A DNA stretch of 64,000 bases from Flavobacteriales bacterium (GTDB lineage: Bacteria; Bacteroidota; Bacteroidia; Flavobacteriales_D; Sanyastnellaceae). Position 1 is the stretch's first letter. Every line of letters starts with the position of its first letter. Below the pieces are notes generated by a model. That model was not told where the DNA came from. It saw only the letters and a list, made by a program, of their open reading frames with translations, and made no database searches. Shown one piece after another: positions 40,585-49,835 of this stretch. Position numbers and translations under genes: made by a program. The stretch is from NCBI GenBank assembly GCA_042095135.1, contig JBELBV010000006.1, forward strand, positions 6,699 through 70,698, written 5' to 3'.

Positions 40585-41577
40585 ATGATCGTCATCACAG
40601 GTTCTGCAGGGTTCATCGGAAGTGCTTTGGCTGCGCGGTTGAACGAGGCCCGATTTTTTGATTTGGTGTTGGTGGATGACTTCAGCCGCGTCGATAAGGC
40701 ACCGAATCACGCGGAGCTGAAATGCACTGAACGCATCGATCGGTTGGCGTTTTTCGATTGGCTGGAGGTCAACGAAAACCAAGTCCAATTCATCTTCCAC
40801 CTCGGGGCACGTACCGATACCACGGAACAGGACCGTGCGATTTTTGACGATTTGAACGTCTCGTACAGCCAACGCATCTGGAACGCTTGTGTCGAGTACG
40901 GTTTGCCCTTGGTCTATGCTTCTTCCGCAGCCACTTACGGCGGTGGCGAGCAAGGTTACAAGGACGACCACGGTATCGTGGAAGCCCTTGCGCCCTTGAA
41001 TCCTTACGGCGAATCCAAGAACGACTTTGATCGCTGGGCACTGGCCCAAGCCTCTGAAGGCCATGCGCCCTACTTCTGGGCGGGGTTGAAATTTTTCAAC
41101 GTCTTCGGGCCCAACGAATACCACAAAGGCCGCATGGCCAGCGTGGTCTTCCACACGTTCAATCAAGTAAAGGCGACAGACGCCATGAAGCTGTTCCGAT
41201 CGCATCGGCCAGACTACACCGACGGCGGCCAGACCCGTGACTTTGTATATGTAAAGGACGTTGCCGAGGTGTGTTATTTCCTGATGCACCATCGCCAATC
41301 GTCTTCAAACGGCTTGTACAACCTCGGCACCGGACAGGCCCGGACCTTTCTGGACCTCGCCACGGCGACTTTCCACGCCATGGGAAAGGAACCGAACATC
41401 AGCTTCATGGACACGCCCGAAGACATCCGGGATACGTACCAATACTTCACCGAGGCCGACATGTCCAAATTGCGCAGCATCGGTTACGACGGTGAATTCC
41501 ACTCGTTGGAATCCGCCATCGATGATTACGTGAAAAATTACCTGGTCACGGGCGCCCGTTGGGGGGCATCGGCCTAA
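40585..41577 (+). CDS. hldD: ADP-L-glycero-D-manno-heptose-6-epimerase
   Basis: The internal ATG at 40585 gives MIVITGSAGFIGS...LVYASSAATYGGG...LNPYGESK...FFNVFGPNEYHKGRMASVVFH...RDFVYVKDVA...NLGTG. It is colinear with E. coli RfaD/HldD. The upstream part of the tracked ORF overlaps the PTPS gene antisense. Confidence 0.88.
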   Translation: MIVITGSAGFIGSALAARLNEARFFDLVLVDDFSRVDKAPNHAELKCTERIDRLAFFDWLEVNENQVQFIFHLGARTDTTEQDRAIFDDLNVSYSQRIWNACVEYGLPLVYASSAATYGGGEQGYKDDHGIVEALAPLNPYGESKNDFDRWALAQASEGHAPYFWAGLKFFNVFGPNEYHKGRMASVVFHTFNQVKATDAMKLFRSHRPDYTDGGQTRDFVYVKDVAEVCYFLMHHRQSSSNGLYNLGTGQARTFLDLATATFHAMGKEPNISFMDTPEDIRDTYQYFTEADMSKLRSIGYDGEFHSLESAIDDYVKNYLVTGARWGASA

Positions 41578-41581
41578 GCCT

Positions 41582-41965
41582 TTACGATTCGCCCAACTGT
41601 TCGCTGAGTGCCTCTAGCCTGGCCTTGGCGCTGTACAGGCGTTCCAACAGCTGTGCCTTATCCACTGGCTGTTCCGCTGCCGGCGCAGCATCTGCAGCCA
41701 TGGCTTTCGCAACGTCCTTGCGTTTTTTGAGCGCTTTGCGTGCGCCGTCAATCGTATAACCTTGGTCTTTGACCAGCCAGGCAATCTGCTGGATCAATTC
41801 CTTGTCCGCCGCCGTGTAAAATCGTTTCCCTCGGGCATTGGTGCGCGGATTAAGCGGTGTAAACTCCTTTTCCCAATAGCGGAGCTGTGATGCGTTCAAG
41901 CCCAACTCATTGGCCACCTCGGTGATGGTGAAGTAGCGTTTTTCAATGGGTTTGTTCAAGGGCAT
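41582..41965 (-). CDS. MerR-family HTH transcriptional regulator (HTH plus coiled coil only)
   Basis: YFTITEVANELGLNASQLRYWEKEF...RGKRFYTAADKELIQQI is a MerR HTH. The ATG at 41965 (MPLNKP...) is preferred, with the longer ORF to 42028 as an alternative. Confidence 0.8.
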   Translation of the reverse strand: MPLNKPIEKRYFTITEVANELGLNASQLRYWEKEFTPLNPRTNARGKRFYTAADKELIQQIAWLVKDQGYTIDGARKALKKRKDVAKAMAADAAPAAEQPVDKAQLLERLYSAKARLEALSEQLGES

Positions 41966-42052
41966 GGGCGTTGCATTGACCGTTCGAACGAATGTAGCAT
42001 AATTATCAACGGGTTCAAAATGAACCAACTAGATGATACGTGATGCGCGATT

Positions 42053-43030
42053 TCAGTCAAACGACTGATTGGAACTGGCCGACTGCTTGAGCATCTCCTC
42101 GTACTGCTCCGGCGTCAAGTCGTTGAAATAGTACTGGGCCGGGTTGACCTTCCGGCCGTCCTTGTGTACTTCGTAATGCAGGTGAGGTGCCACCGAAGTG
42201 CCCGTCGATCCGATGAGGCCGATGACTTCGCCGCGCTTCACCTTCTGGCCCTTGCGCACCAGCACCTTGCTCATGTGTGCGTAGAGGGTTTCGTAGCCGA
42301 AGCCGTGGCGTATGATGACGTGACGACCAAAGCCATTCCAGGTGCGCTTGGCGAGGATGACCTCCCCGTCCCCTGTGGCAAAAATCTCCGTGCCAGTGGG
42401 TGCAGAGAAATCCATGCCGTAGTGCATCTTTCGCACCTTGTAAATCGGATGAATGCGGTAACCGTACCCGCTGGCCATGCGCTTCAAATCCTCGTTGCGT
42501 ACTGGTTGAATGGCGGGGATGGACTTGAGTAGTTCGGTTTGGTTTTTGGCCAAATCAAGAACATCCTCAAAGGACCGACTCTGGGCGACCATCTTGCGCT
42601 GCAATTCCGCTAATCGCTCTTCCGATGAGATGACGGCTTGGCTGTGGTCGTAGCCACGCAGCGCCCGGCTGCGGTCGATGCCGCCAATTCCAGGGTTGCG
42701 CAAGTGGCTCGGGTACGATTCCACCCCAAAGATGGAACGGTAGATCGCATCGTCACGGTCCGAGATGTCATCGAGGATGATGGCCATGTCCTGCATGTCC
42801 TCGTCCATTTTGCCCAATCGGTCTTCGAGGAACGCAATCTCCCGGCGCTGGGAACGGTCCGTTGGGCTTTCGAAGTAGGTGTCAAAAATGTAGATGCTGC
42901 CGAATGAAATCAGTGCAAGCACCCCGACGCGCTTGATGGCGAACAGCACATAGTCCTTCAGGTCGTACGGAACCTGCTCCATGCGGAGGGTTTGCTCGTT
43001 GTACCGGATTTTGTGAAAGCGCTTCGCCAT
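42053..43030 (-). CDS. M23 family metallopeptidase (LytM-type) with N-terminal membrane anchor and coiled coil
   Basis: HYGMDFSAPTGTEIFATGDGEV...GSTGTSVAPHLHYEV carries the M23 HxxxD / HxH motifs. The start is the ATG at 43030 or 43036. The longer tracked ORF would run into the alaS start. Confidence 0.88.
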   Translation of the reverse strand: MAKRFHKIRYNEQTLRMEQVPYDLKDYVLFAIKRVGVLALISFGSIYIFDTYFESPTDRSQRREIAFLEDRLGKMDEDMQDMAIILDDISDRDDAIYRSIFGVESYPSHLRNPGIGGIDRSRALRGYDHSQAVISSEERLAELQRKMVAQSRSFEDVLDLAKNQTELLKSIPAIQPVRNEDLKRMASGYGYRIHPIYKVRKMHYGMDFSAPTGTEIFATGDGEVILAKRTWNGFGRHVIIRHGFGYETLYAHMSKVLVRKGQKVKRGEVIGLIGSTGTSVAPHLHYEVHKDGRKVNPAQYYFNDLTPEQYEEMLKQSASSNQSFD

Positions 43031-43137
43031 TACCATGCAAATGTGCAAACTTAATTTGGTGCGCCGCGCGTTTAGGCGGGCCTTTTGTAGATTTTTGCAG
43101 TGAATAACCTCATTAACCGGGCTACATCCCCCTGACA

Positions 43138-45747
43138 ATGGAATCAAAACTCATTCGCGAGCGCTTCCTCGAATTCTTCGCCTCGAAAGGCCACGAAATT
43201 GTTCCATCGGCTCCCATGGTCATCAAAGACGATCCGACGCTGATGTTTAACAACGCGGGAATGAATCCGTTCAAAGACTTTTTTTTGGGCAACAGCCCAG
43301 TGGTACATCCGCGCATCGCCGACACCCAAAAATGCTTGCGCGTGAGTGGTAAGCATAACGATCTGGAAGAGGTCGGCGTGGACACGTACCACCACACCAT
43401 GTTCGAGATGCTCGGCAACTGGTCGTTTGGCGATTACTTCAAGCGAGAGGCCATCGATTGGGCATGGGAATTGCTCACGGAGGTCTATGGCCTCAATAAG
43501 GACCGTTTGTACGTGACCGTGTTTGAAGGGGACGCTAACGACGGACTGGAGGCGGATGAGGAGGCAAAAGGAATTTGGGCCAAGTGGGTACCCGAAGACC
43601 GCATCCTGCTCGCCTCTAAGAAGGACAACTTCTGGGAAATGGGAGAAACCGGGCCCTGCGGACCGTGCTCAGAAATCCACATCGACCTCCGTGGCGACGC
43701 CGAGCGGGCTGCCACATCGGGCGCCTCCTTGGTCAATGCCGACCACCCGCAAGTGGTCGAAATCTGGAACCTCGTCTTCATGCAATTCAACCGCATGGCC
43801 GACGGCTCCCTGGTGCCCCTCCCGAACAAGCACATAGACACGGGTATGGGCTTCGAGCGCCTGGCGATGGCCATGCAGGGCAAGCAATCCAACTACGATA
43901 CCGACGTTTTCCGCCCGTTGCTCGACCGCGTCGCTGCACTCAGTGGCAAGACTTACGGCCAAACCGACAGCAAACCAGATGTGGCCTTCCGCGTCATCTC
44001 CGACCACATCCGTGCCGTGGCCTTCAGCATCGCGGACGGCCAATTACCTTCCAACACTGGCGCTGGCTACGTCATTCGCCGCATCCTCCGCCGCGCCATC
44101 CGTTACGGCTACTCCTTCTTGGACCTGAACGAACCATTCATGCACGCCCTCATCCCGACCCTCGCCGGTCAAATGGGTGATGCATTTCCCGAACTGAAGG
44201 CACAGCAGCAGCTGATTGAACGTGTCATATTGGAAGAGGAAGAATCCTTCTTGCGCACCCTCGCCAAGGGCATTGAACGCCTCGAGGCGCGTTTGGAAGA
44301 ATTCAAAAGCACCATGGTCCTCCCCGGCAACGTCGTTTTTGAACTGTACGACACCTTCGGGTTCCCCGTGGATTTGACGGCACTGATGGCCGGCGAACAA
44401 GGCGTGGACGTTGACGAGGCCGGATTCGAAGCAGCCATGGAAGCCACAAAGGCCCGGAGCCGAGCCGCGGGCAAACTCAGCACCGACGATTGGGTCAGCG
44501 TCCACGAAGACTCAGAAACGACCTTCGTGGGCTACGACGTGAGCGAAGCGGAATGCCGCATCCTCCGTTACCGTGAGGTGAAGGCCAAGAACAAACAGTT
44601 CTACCAGGTCGTCCTCGACACCACGCCATTCTACCCTGAAGGCGGTGGACAAGTCGGTGACGCAGGCACCCTCTCGGCATCCGGCGGCAGCGTTGCGGTC
44701 TTCGACACCAAAAAGGAAAACAACCTCATCGTTCATTTCGTAAACGAATTGCCGACCGATGTCAATGCCACTTTTTTGGCGCGTGTCAAGGCATCCCGCC
44801 GAGACGACACCCAGCGCAACCACACGGCAACCCACCTCGTGCACGAAGCATTACGCGAAGTACTGGGCGCCCACGTGGAGCAGAAAGGATCCCTCGTCAA
44901 GGCCGAGTCCTTGCGCTTTGACTTCTCACACTTCTCGAAGGTCACGGACGAAGAGCTCGCAGCGGTGGAGGCCAAGGTGAATGCCAAGATCCTCGCCAAC
45001 CACCCACTCGTGGAGCACCGCGCCATCAGCATGGAGGAAGCCAAGGCCAGCGGCGCAATGATGCTCTTCGGCGAAAAATACGGGGACGAGGTGCGTATGA
45101 TCGAATTCGATTCGTCCAAGGAACTCTGCGGTGGCACCCACGCGCCAGCGACCGGCGCGTTGGGATCGTTCCGCATCACGCAAGAGACGGCCGTTGCTTC
45201 CGGCATCCGCCGCATCGAAGCCATTACGGGATCGACAGCCCTTCAGGCCATGAACACGGAACGCGCCGCCCTGCAGGCCATCAAGTCCCTGCTGAAGGCA
45301 CCTGCCAACATCGAAAAGGCCGTCGAAGACCTGATTGCCAAGCAGACAAGCCTGCAAAAGGAATTGGATGCGGTGAAGCAAAAGGAAGCCGCAGCGGCCA
45401 AATCAGACCTAGCCAGCAACCTCGACACCATCAACGGCATCAATACCTTCATCGGTGAAATGCCACTGGACGCCGGCGCCATCAAAGACATAGCTTTCCA
45501 ACTCAAAAACGAAAAAGCCCCGTTCTTTGGCGTGTTCGGCTCAAATGTCGGTGGCAAAACGACCCTGACAGTCGCCGTCAGCGACGACCTCGTCAACGGC
45601 AAGGATTTGCATGCGGGCAACATCGTCCGCAACCTAGCCAAGCACATCCAAGGCGGCGGCGGCGGCCAGCCGTTCTTCGCCACGGCGGGTGGAAAAAATC
45701 CACACGGCCTCGGGGCTGCCTTCGAAGAAGCCAAAGGCCTCCTCTGA
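43138..45747 (+). CDS. alaS: Alanine--tRNA ligase
   Basis: 869 aa. MESKLIRERFLEFFASKGHEIVPSAP.... Editing-domain HTATHLVHEAL...CGGTH. C-terminal DHHA1-like region. Confidence 0.98.
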   Translation: MESKLIRERFLEFFASKGHEIVPSAPMVIKDDPTLMFNNAGMNPFKDFFLGNSPVVHPRIADTQKCLRVSGKHNDLEEVGVDTYHHTMFEMLGNWSFGDYFKREAIDWAWELLTEVYGLNKDRLYVTVFEGDANDGLEADEEAKGIWAKWVPEDRILLASKKDNFWEMGETGPCGPCSEIHIDLRGDAERAATSGASLVNADHPQVVEIWNLVFMQFNRMADGSLVPLPNKHIDTGMGFERLAMAMQGKQSNYDTDVFRPLLDRVAALSGKTYGQTDSKPDVAFRVISDHIRAVAFSIADGQLPSNTGAGYVIRRILRRAIRYGYSFLDLNEPFMHALIPTLAGQMGDAFPELKAQQQLIERVILEEEESFLRTLAKGIERLEARLEEFKSTMVLPGNVVFELYDTFGFPVDLTALMAGEQGVDVDEAGFEAAMEATKARSRAAGKLSTDDWVSVHEDSETTFVGYDVSEAECRILRYREVKAKNKQFYQVVLDTTPFYPEGGGQVGDAGTLSASGGSVAVFDTKKENNLIVHFVNELPTDVNATFLARVKASRRDDTQRNHTATHLVHEALREVLGAHVEQKGSLVKAESLRFDFSHFSKVTDEELAAVEAKVNAKILANHPLVEHRAISMEEAKASGAMMLFGEKYGDEVRMIEFDSSKELCGGTHAPATGALGSFRITQETAVASGIRRIEAITGSTALQAMNTERAALQAIKSLLKAPANIEKAVEDLIAKQTSLQKELDAVKQKEAAAAKSDLASNLDTINGINTFIGEMPLDAGAIKDIAFQLKNEKAPFFGVFGSNVGGKTTLTVAVSDDLVNGKDLHAGNIVRNLAKHIQGGGGGQPFFATAGGKNPHGLGAAFEEAKGLL

Positions 45748-45767
45748 TCAACCAACTATTCGGAAAC

Positions 45768-45796
45768 AAAAAAGCACCGCTGGGCGGTGCTTTTTT
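45768..45796. terminator. Bidirectional rho-independent terminator after alaS
   Basis: AAAAAAGCACCGC tgg GCGGTGCTTTTTT between convergent alaS and the 45817-46230 gene. Confidence 0.75.
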
Positions 45797-45816
45797 CGTT
45801 TGATGTCGTTGAGGTG

Positions 45817-46230
45817 TTAGGCCGTTTGCAATCCAGAGGATTGTCGGGCGGCCTTTCCGTAAACGGGGCCTTCATACTCTTCTTGCCAAGCCAGGCTCAA
45901 GTTCAAGACGTAAAACACATTGAATACAGCGGCCAACACGAAATCGGTCATGGTGTGCTTTCCAAAAGCTTGGGCCAATTCAATCACCGTCTTGAAGAAG
46001 AAGTACACGTTGAATACTGGCACCAAGAACAACAAGGCGTGAGAGTCGGGACGGCCCAAAATACGCATGGCAACCACCACGTTGTAGCCGGGCACCAACG
46101 CTGCCCAAATCGGCTGCTCGCATTTCATGAAAAGCTTGCAATTCGCACCCAGTGCGATCAGGGTCATAAACATCGTCGCCATTGCAGTGGCTCCGCTAAA
46201 CTCCATGCCGAAAAAGGTAAGGGTATTCAT
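45817..46230 (-). CDS. Small membrane protein, DUF5684-like
   Basis: 137 aa with 3-4 TM segments. The motif LFMKCEQPIWAALVPGYNVVVAMRILGRPDSHALLFLVP resembles the (K/R)AG.PGWAALIP.YN....I.GRP signature as I remember it. Confidence 0.6.
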   Translation of the reverse strand: MNTLTFFGMEFSGATAMATMFMTLIALGANCKLFMKCEQPIWAALVPGYNVVVAMRILGRPDSHALLFLVPVFNVYFFFKTVIELAQAFGKHTMTDFVLAAVFNVFYVLNLSLAWQEEYEGPVYGKAARQSSGLQTA

Positions 46231-46263
46231 GGTATCGCTGTTGTGTTCACTAAAAAGACGTGT

Positions 46264-46277
46264 CCTTTGTACAAAGG
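46264..46277. repeat. Perfect 14-bp palindrome CCTTTGTACAAAGG in an intergenic region
   Basis: Read directly. It is self-complementary over all 14 nt and lies 34 nt upstream of the DUF5684-like gene start and 67 nt downstream of the sigma-54 activator stop. Confidence 0.9.
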
Positions 46278-46343
46278 TTGCCTTTTAATCCACACGACAT
46301 GAGCGATTTACATTATAAAATCAACGCCATACGGTTAATTTTC

Positions 46344-47528
46344 CTAGGCTGAGAGCCCGCCAAACCGCTGCACGAGAGCGCCGTCAATCGACCCGCCTTT
46401 CGGCGTAAGGATGACCAAGCGTTCGACCACGTTACGCAGCTCACGGATGTTGCCCGTCCAATTGGCCGATTGCAACAGCGCCATGGCGTCGTCCTGCACA
46501 TCAAGCAGCACCTTGCCATGCTGTTCACATATGATTTTGAGAAAGTGCGCCACGAGCAATGGCACGTCGTCACGGCGATCGTTCAATGCCGCTACGTGAA
46601 TGGGAATTACCGCCAATCGGTGGTACAGGTCCTCCCGGAAATTCCCTTCGGCAATCTCCACGCGCAGGTCTTTGTTGGTCGCAGCCACCACACGTACATC
46701 CACTTCGATTTCCTTCTCTCCACCAACCCGTGATATGCGGTTTTCTTGCAATGCCCGGAGGACCTTGGCTTGGGCCGAAGCGCTCATGTCCCCGATCTCG
46801 TCAAGGAACAAGGTGCCGCCTTGGGCCTGTTCGAACTTGCCCTTCCGTTGCTTGACTGCACTGGTGAAGGCGCCTTTCTCGTGGCCAAACAACTCGCTTT
46901 CGATCAATTCGGAGGGAATGGCTGCACAGTTTACTTCAATGAAGGGCGCGGTGTGCCGGGCACTCAATTCGTGGAGTTGGCGCGCGACGAGCTCTTTGCC
47001 CGTGCCGTTGGCGCCGGTGATCAATACCCGAGCATCGGAAGGGGCGACGGTGCAAATCAGCTCGACGATCTCGCGGACGGCTGACGAATCTCCAACGATG
47101 GCCGTGGAGCGCTCCGTTTGGATTTTGCGCGTCAACCGCTCAGTTTCTTGCTCGAGCTGGCCTTGGTCTAACGCGTGGCGCACGGTCAAGAGAATGCGGT
47201 TGAGGTCCAGCGGCTTTTGAATGAAGTCAAAGGCTCCCACCTTGATGGCTTGTACCGCTGTCTCCACGGTGCCGTGGCCGCTGATCATAATGATGCGGCC
47301 ATCGATACCCTTTTCAACGAGTGCATCGAGGACTTCCAAGCCGTCCATCTTGGGCATTTTGATGTCGCAAAACACCACATCAAAGGCAAACTTGGTCGCC
47401 AGCTTGAGGCCTTCCGCACCGTCTTCCGCTTCCATGACCTGGTAATTCTCGTACTCGAGAATTTCCTTCAAGCTCGCTCGGATGGGCGCTTCATCGTCGA
47501 TGACGAGAATTTTGGTAGACTTCTTCAT
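46344..47528 (-). CDS. Sigma-54-dependent response regulator (receiver + AAA+), lacking a C-terminal HTH DNA-binding domain
   Basis: The ATG at 47528 gives a 394-aa protein. Receiver: ILVIDDE...DVVFCDIKMP...ISGHG. AAA+: Walker A GANGTGKE, GAFTSA sigma-54 contact loop, Walker B GTLFLDEIG, R-finger region. Only about 30 aa follow NIRELRNVVERL. Confidence 0.88.
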   Translation of the reverse strand: MKKSTKILVIDDEAPIRASLKEILEYENYQVMEAEDGAEGLKLATKFAFDVVFCDIKMPKMDGLEVLDALVEKGIDGRIIMISGHGTVETAVQAIKVGAFDFIQKPLDLNRILLTVRHALDQGQLEQETERLTRKIQTERSTAIVGDSSAVREIVELICTVAPSDARVLITGANGTGKELVARQLHELSARHTAPFIEVNCAAIPSELIESELFGHEKGAFTSAVKQRKGKFEQAQGGTLFLDEIGDMSASAQAKVLRALQENRISRVGGEKEIEVDVRVVAATNKDLRVEIAEGNFREDLYHRLAVIPIHVAALNDRRDDVPLLVAHFLKIICEQHGKVLLDVQDDAMALLQSANWTGNIRELRNVVERLVILTPKGGSIDGALVQRFGGLSA

Positions 47529-47530
47529 GG

Positions 47531-48526
47531 TCAATTCGTTTGATCGCTTGCACCGGTGCAAAGATGCTGCCAAACATCCTCCATCAAGCCTTCGCGCATG
47601 GCAAAAGGGGAGCGGTAGACGGTGGCTGTTGGTCCGATTTTTCCCAGCACATGCATGAGGAGCATACTGGACAAGGGAATCATCTTGGCCCGCGCTGGGG
47701 CCATGCCGGGGATTTTCAAGCGCTGTTCGTACGGTTCCGTCAGCAGCCTTCGGTGCAAGCGCTGCAGCGCTTGGCGGTCAATAGGTTCAAGGTCCCGCCG
47801 TTGCAAGTACGGGATGTTGGCATGCAAACCATTGACGGCTTCGGCAAACGTATCGAACGACCCGCTGCTTCCCACCAACGCGGTGGGCCGGTGTTCGGCG
47901 AGGACGGCTTCAAGGGGTTCCATGATGTCGTCCAAAAAAGCACGGTAGCGTTCCTCGCCCGTTGCCCCCAGCGGATCCGAGGGCTTGCCGAATTCCTCCA
48001 GTCGTGCCACTCCGGCGTCGAGGCTCAGTGCAGCCTTGGATTGCCACGCACCCGTTCCGGTGCGCTGGGCCACGACAAACTCCACACTGCCTCCACCGAT
48101 GTCCATGATGAGCACCCGGTCTAAGGCGTCGGTCAAGGTCTGGGCCACGCCGCGGAAAATCCAATCCGCCTCTTCTTCCCCGCCGATGATGCCCATGTCC
48201 CAACCGAATTGACGATGCACCGCTTCGGCAAATGCAGTACCGTTGGAGGCATCGCGCAGGGCACTGGTTCCTACCAACCGCACGAACTTGACGTTGTAAT
48301 TGTGCAAGGCCTGGTGAAACGTCCGCAGCGCATCGAGCCCACGTGCAAATCGATCGGAACGGATAGATCGGCTTTGAAACCCGCCTTGGCCGATGAAAAC
48401 CGGTTGCCGGAGCACGTGCTTGCGTTCCCACACATCGCCATTCCCCTCAGCAATCAATACCGTGAACATGTTGGTTCCGCAGTCGATCACCGCGGCGCGC
48501 TGGGTTTGGGTCGTGGCTTCAGTCAT
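47531..48526 (-). CDS. Ppx/GppA family phosphatase (short, two-domain form)
   Basis: The ATG at 48526 gives ...AAVIDCGTNMFTVLIAE...VGTSALRDASNG...DIGGGSVEF.... These are ASKHA-fold Ppx/GppA motifs. 331 aa. Confidence 0.82.
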   Translation of the reverse strand: MTEATTQTQRAAVIDCGTNMFTVLIAEGNGDVWERKHVLRQPVFIGQGGFQSRSIRSDRFARGLDALRTFHQALHNYNVKFVRLVGTSALRDASNGTAFAEAVHRQFGWDMGIIGGEEEADWIFRGVAQTLTDALDRVLIMDIGGGSVEFVVAQRTGTGAWQSKAALSLDAGVARLEEFGKPSDPLGATGEERYRAFLDDIMEPLEAVLAEHRPTALVGSSGSFDTFAEAVNGLHANIPYLQRRDLEPIDRQALQRLHRRLLTEPYEQRLKIPGMAPARAKMIPLSSMLLMHVLGKIGPTATVYRSPFAMREGLMEDVWQHLCTGASDQTN

Positions 48527-49835
48527 GGCGGACCCAACGGAACAATTCCCGCACAGTGATTCTCTTGCCATGCATCAAAATTCCAATGCGGAAAATCCGC
48601 GCAGACACCAAAACAAAACCGTATGCGGTAGCAATGACCCCGGACAGCGAGAGCACCAACTCCCACCACGCCACACCCAGCGGCAATCGAATGAGCATCA
48701 AAATCGGCGCCGTCAGCGGCACGTACGATCCAATAACAGCCACCTGCCCTTCCGGGTTTTGGATGGCCATGGCCGCTGCGATGTAAGAAGCGAACAACGG
48801 CAACATCGCAGGCAACATCAAATACTGGGCATCGGACTCTTGCTCAACTGCCGAGCCAATGGCTGCAAACAGTGCCGCATACATGAAGAACCCGGCAGCG
48901 AAATAAGCCAGCGCGCACACAACCATCAAGGGCCAGTTTACTTCCAACACAAAGCCCAACAGATCATTGGACGCCATCCACGTTTCGAAGTCGAGCTCCA
49001 CCGCCTCGTTGGACGCTGAGGTCAAGACGCCCGACACTTCGAGTGCTTGTCCGCCCACTTGGAACACCAAGAAGCCCAGCACAGTCAGCGCAATGACCTG
49101 TGTGACACCGACCAGGCCGATGCCGATGATTTTGCCAGCGAGCAATTCCATGGGACGCACGGCGCTGATGATGACCTCGACGATGCGGTTGGCTTTTTCT
49201 TCAATGACCCCGCGCATGACGTGCATGCCGTACACCATGATTTGGATGAACATGAACAGGCTGAACACGAATCCAATGAGGGAGCGTCCAATGGCGTTGC
49301 CGTCTTTGGTGATGATGTCTTCACCCACCAGGCTCACTTTGGTCTTTAGCCGTTTGTAAGCTTCGTAATCGAGGGACAGTTCTTCTTTGACCTTGAAGCG
49401 CTCTATAGCCGAGGACAGGTCCCGCTCGATGGTGTTCTGGACGGTGAGGGAAGGTGATTTCTCGTAGAGGTTTTTGGCTTGACTGTGTTGCAAAATGGCA
49501 TCGTCCAAAAGCACCATGGAGGTGAAATCCGAAAGCAAAAATTCGGCATCATCCAAGGCCTGGTCCGCAAAGCGGTACTGCAGGTGTTCCCGCTCGGGGA
49601 AGCATTCCGGGCAAATGGGCAAGTAGGCCTGGCGCGTATCATCCCAGAACGTGATCATGCCTGAGAGGTCCACGACCAACACCTTGCTCTCCTCCATTTC
49701 CGCATTTTCCATCCAGGCTCCGAAGCCCACCCCAAGGGCAAGCAAGACCGGCACGAGGAGCGTTCCGATGATGAACGCCCGACGGCGGACGCGGGTGATC
49801 CATTCCCGGTAGATGATGAGGCCGAGGCGGTTCAT
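48519..49835 (-). CDS. ABC-2 type transporter permease (NatB-like, large extracytoplasmic loop)
   Basis: 438 aa. N-terminal TM, about 150-aa loop, then 5 TM segments. The start overlaps the ATPase stop (ATGA). Confidence 0.8.
   Translation of the reverse strand: MNRLGLIIYREWITRVRRRAFIIGTLLVPVLLALGVGFGAWMENAEMEESKVLVVDLSGMITFWDDTRQAYLPICPECFPEREHLQYRFADQALDDAEFLLSDFTSMVLLDDAILQHSQAKNLYEKSPSLTVQNTIERDLSSAIERFKVKEELSLDYEAYKRLKTKVSLVGEDIITKDGNAIGRSLIGFVFSLFMFIQIMVYGMHVMRGVIEEKANRIVEVIISAVRPMELLAGKIIGIGLVGVTQVIALTVLGFLVFQVGGQALEVSGVLTSASNEAVELDFETWMASNDLLGFVLEVNWPLMVVCALAYFAAGFFMYAALFAAIGSAVEQESDAQYLMLPAMLPLFASYIAAAMAIQNPEGQVAVIGSYVPLTAPILMLIRLPLGVAWWELVLSLSGVIATAYGFVLVSARIFRIGILMHGKRITVRELFRWVRHD

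Noticed and set aside
40537-41298. An N-terminal 254-aa extension of the tracked 394-aa ORF that contains the PTPS domain.
   Set aside because: This part is antisense to a full-length, well-conserved hldD (40585-41577). The PTPS homology begins exactly at the internal ATG at 40536, so the extension is a shadow ORF.
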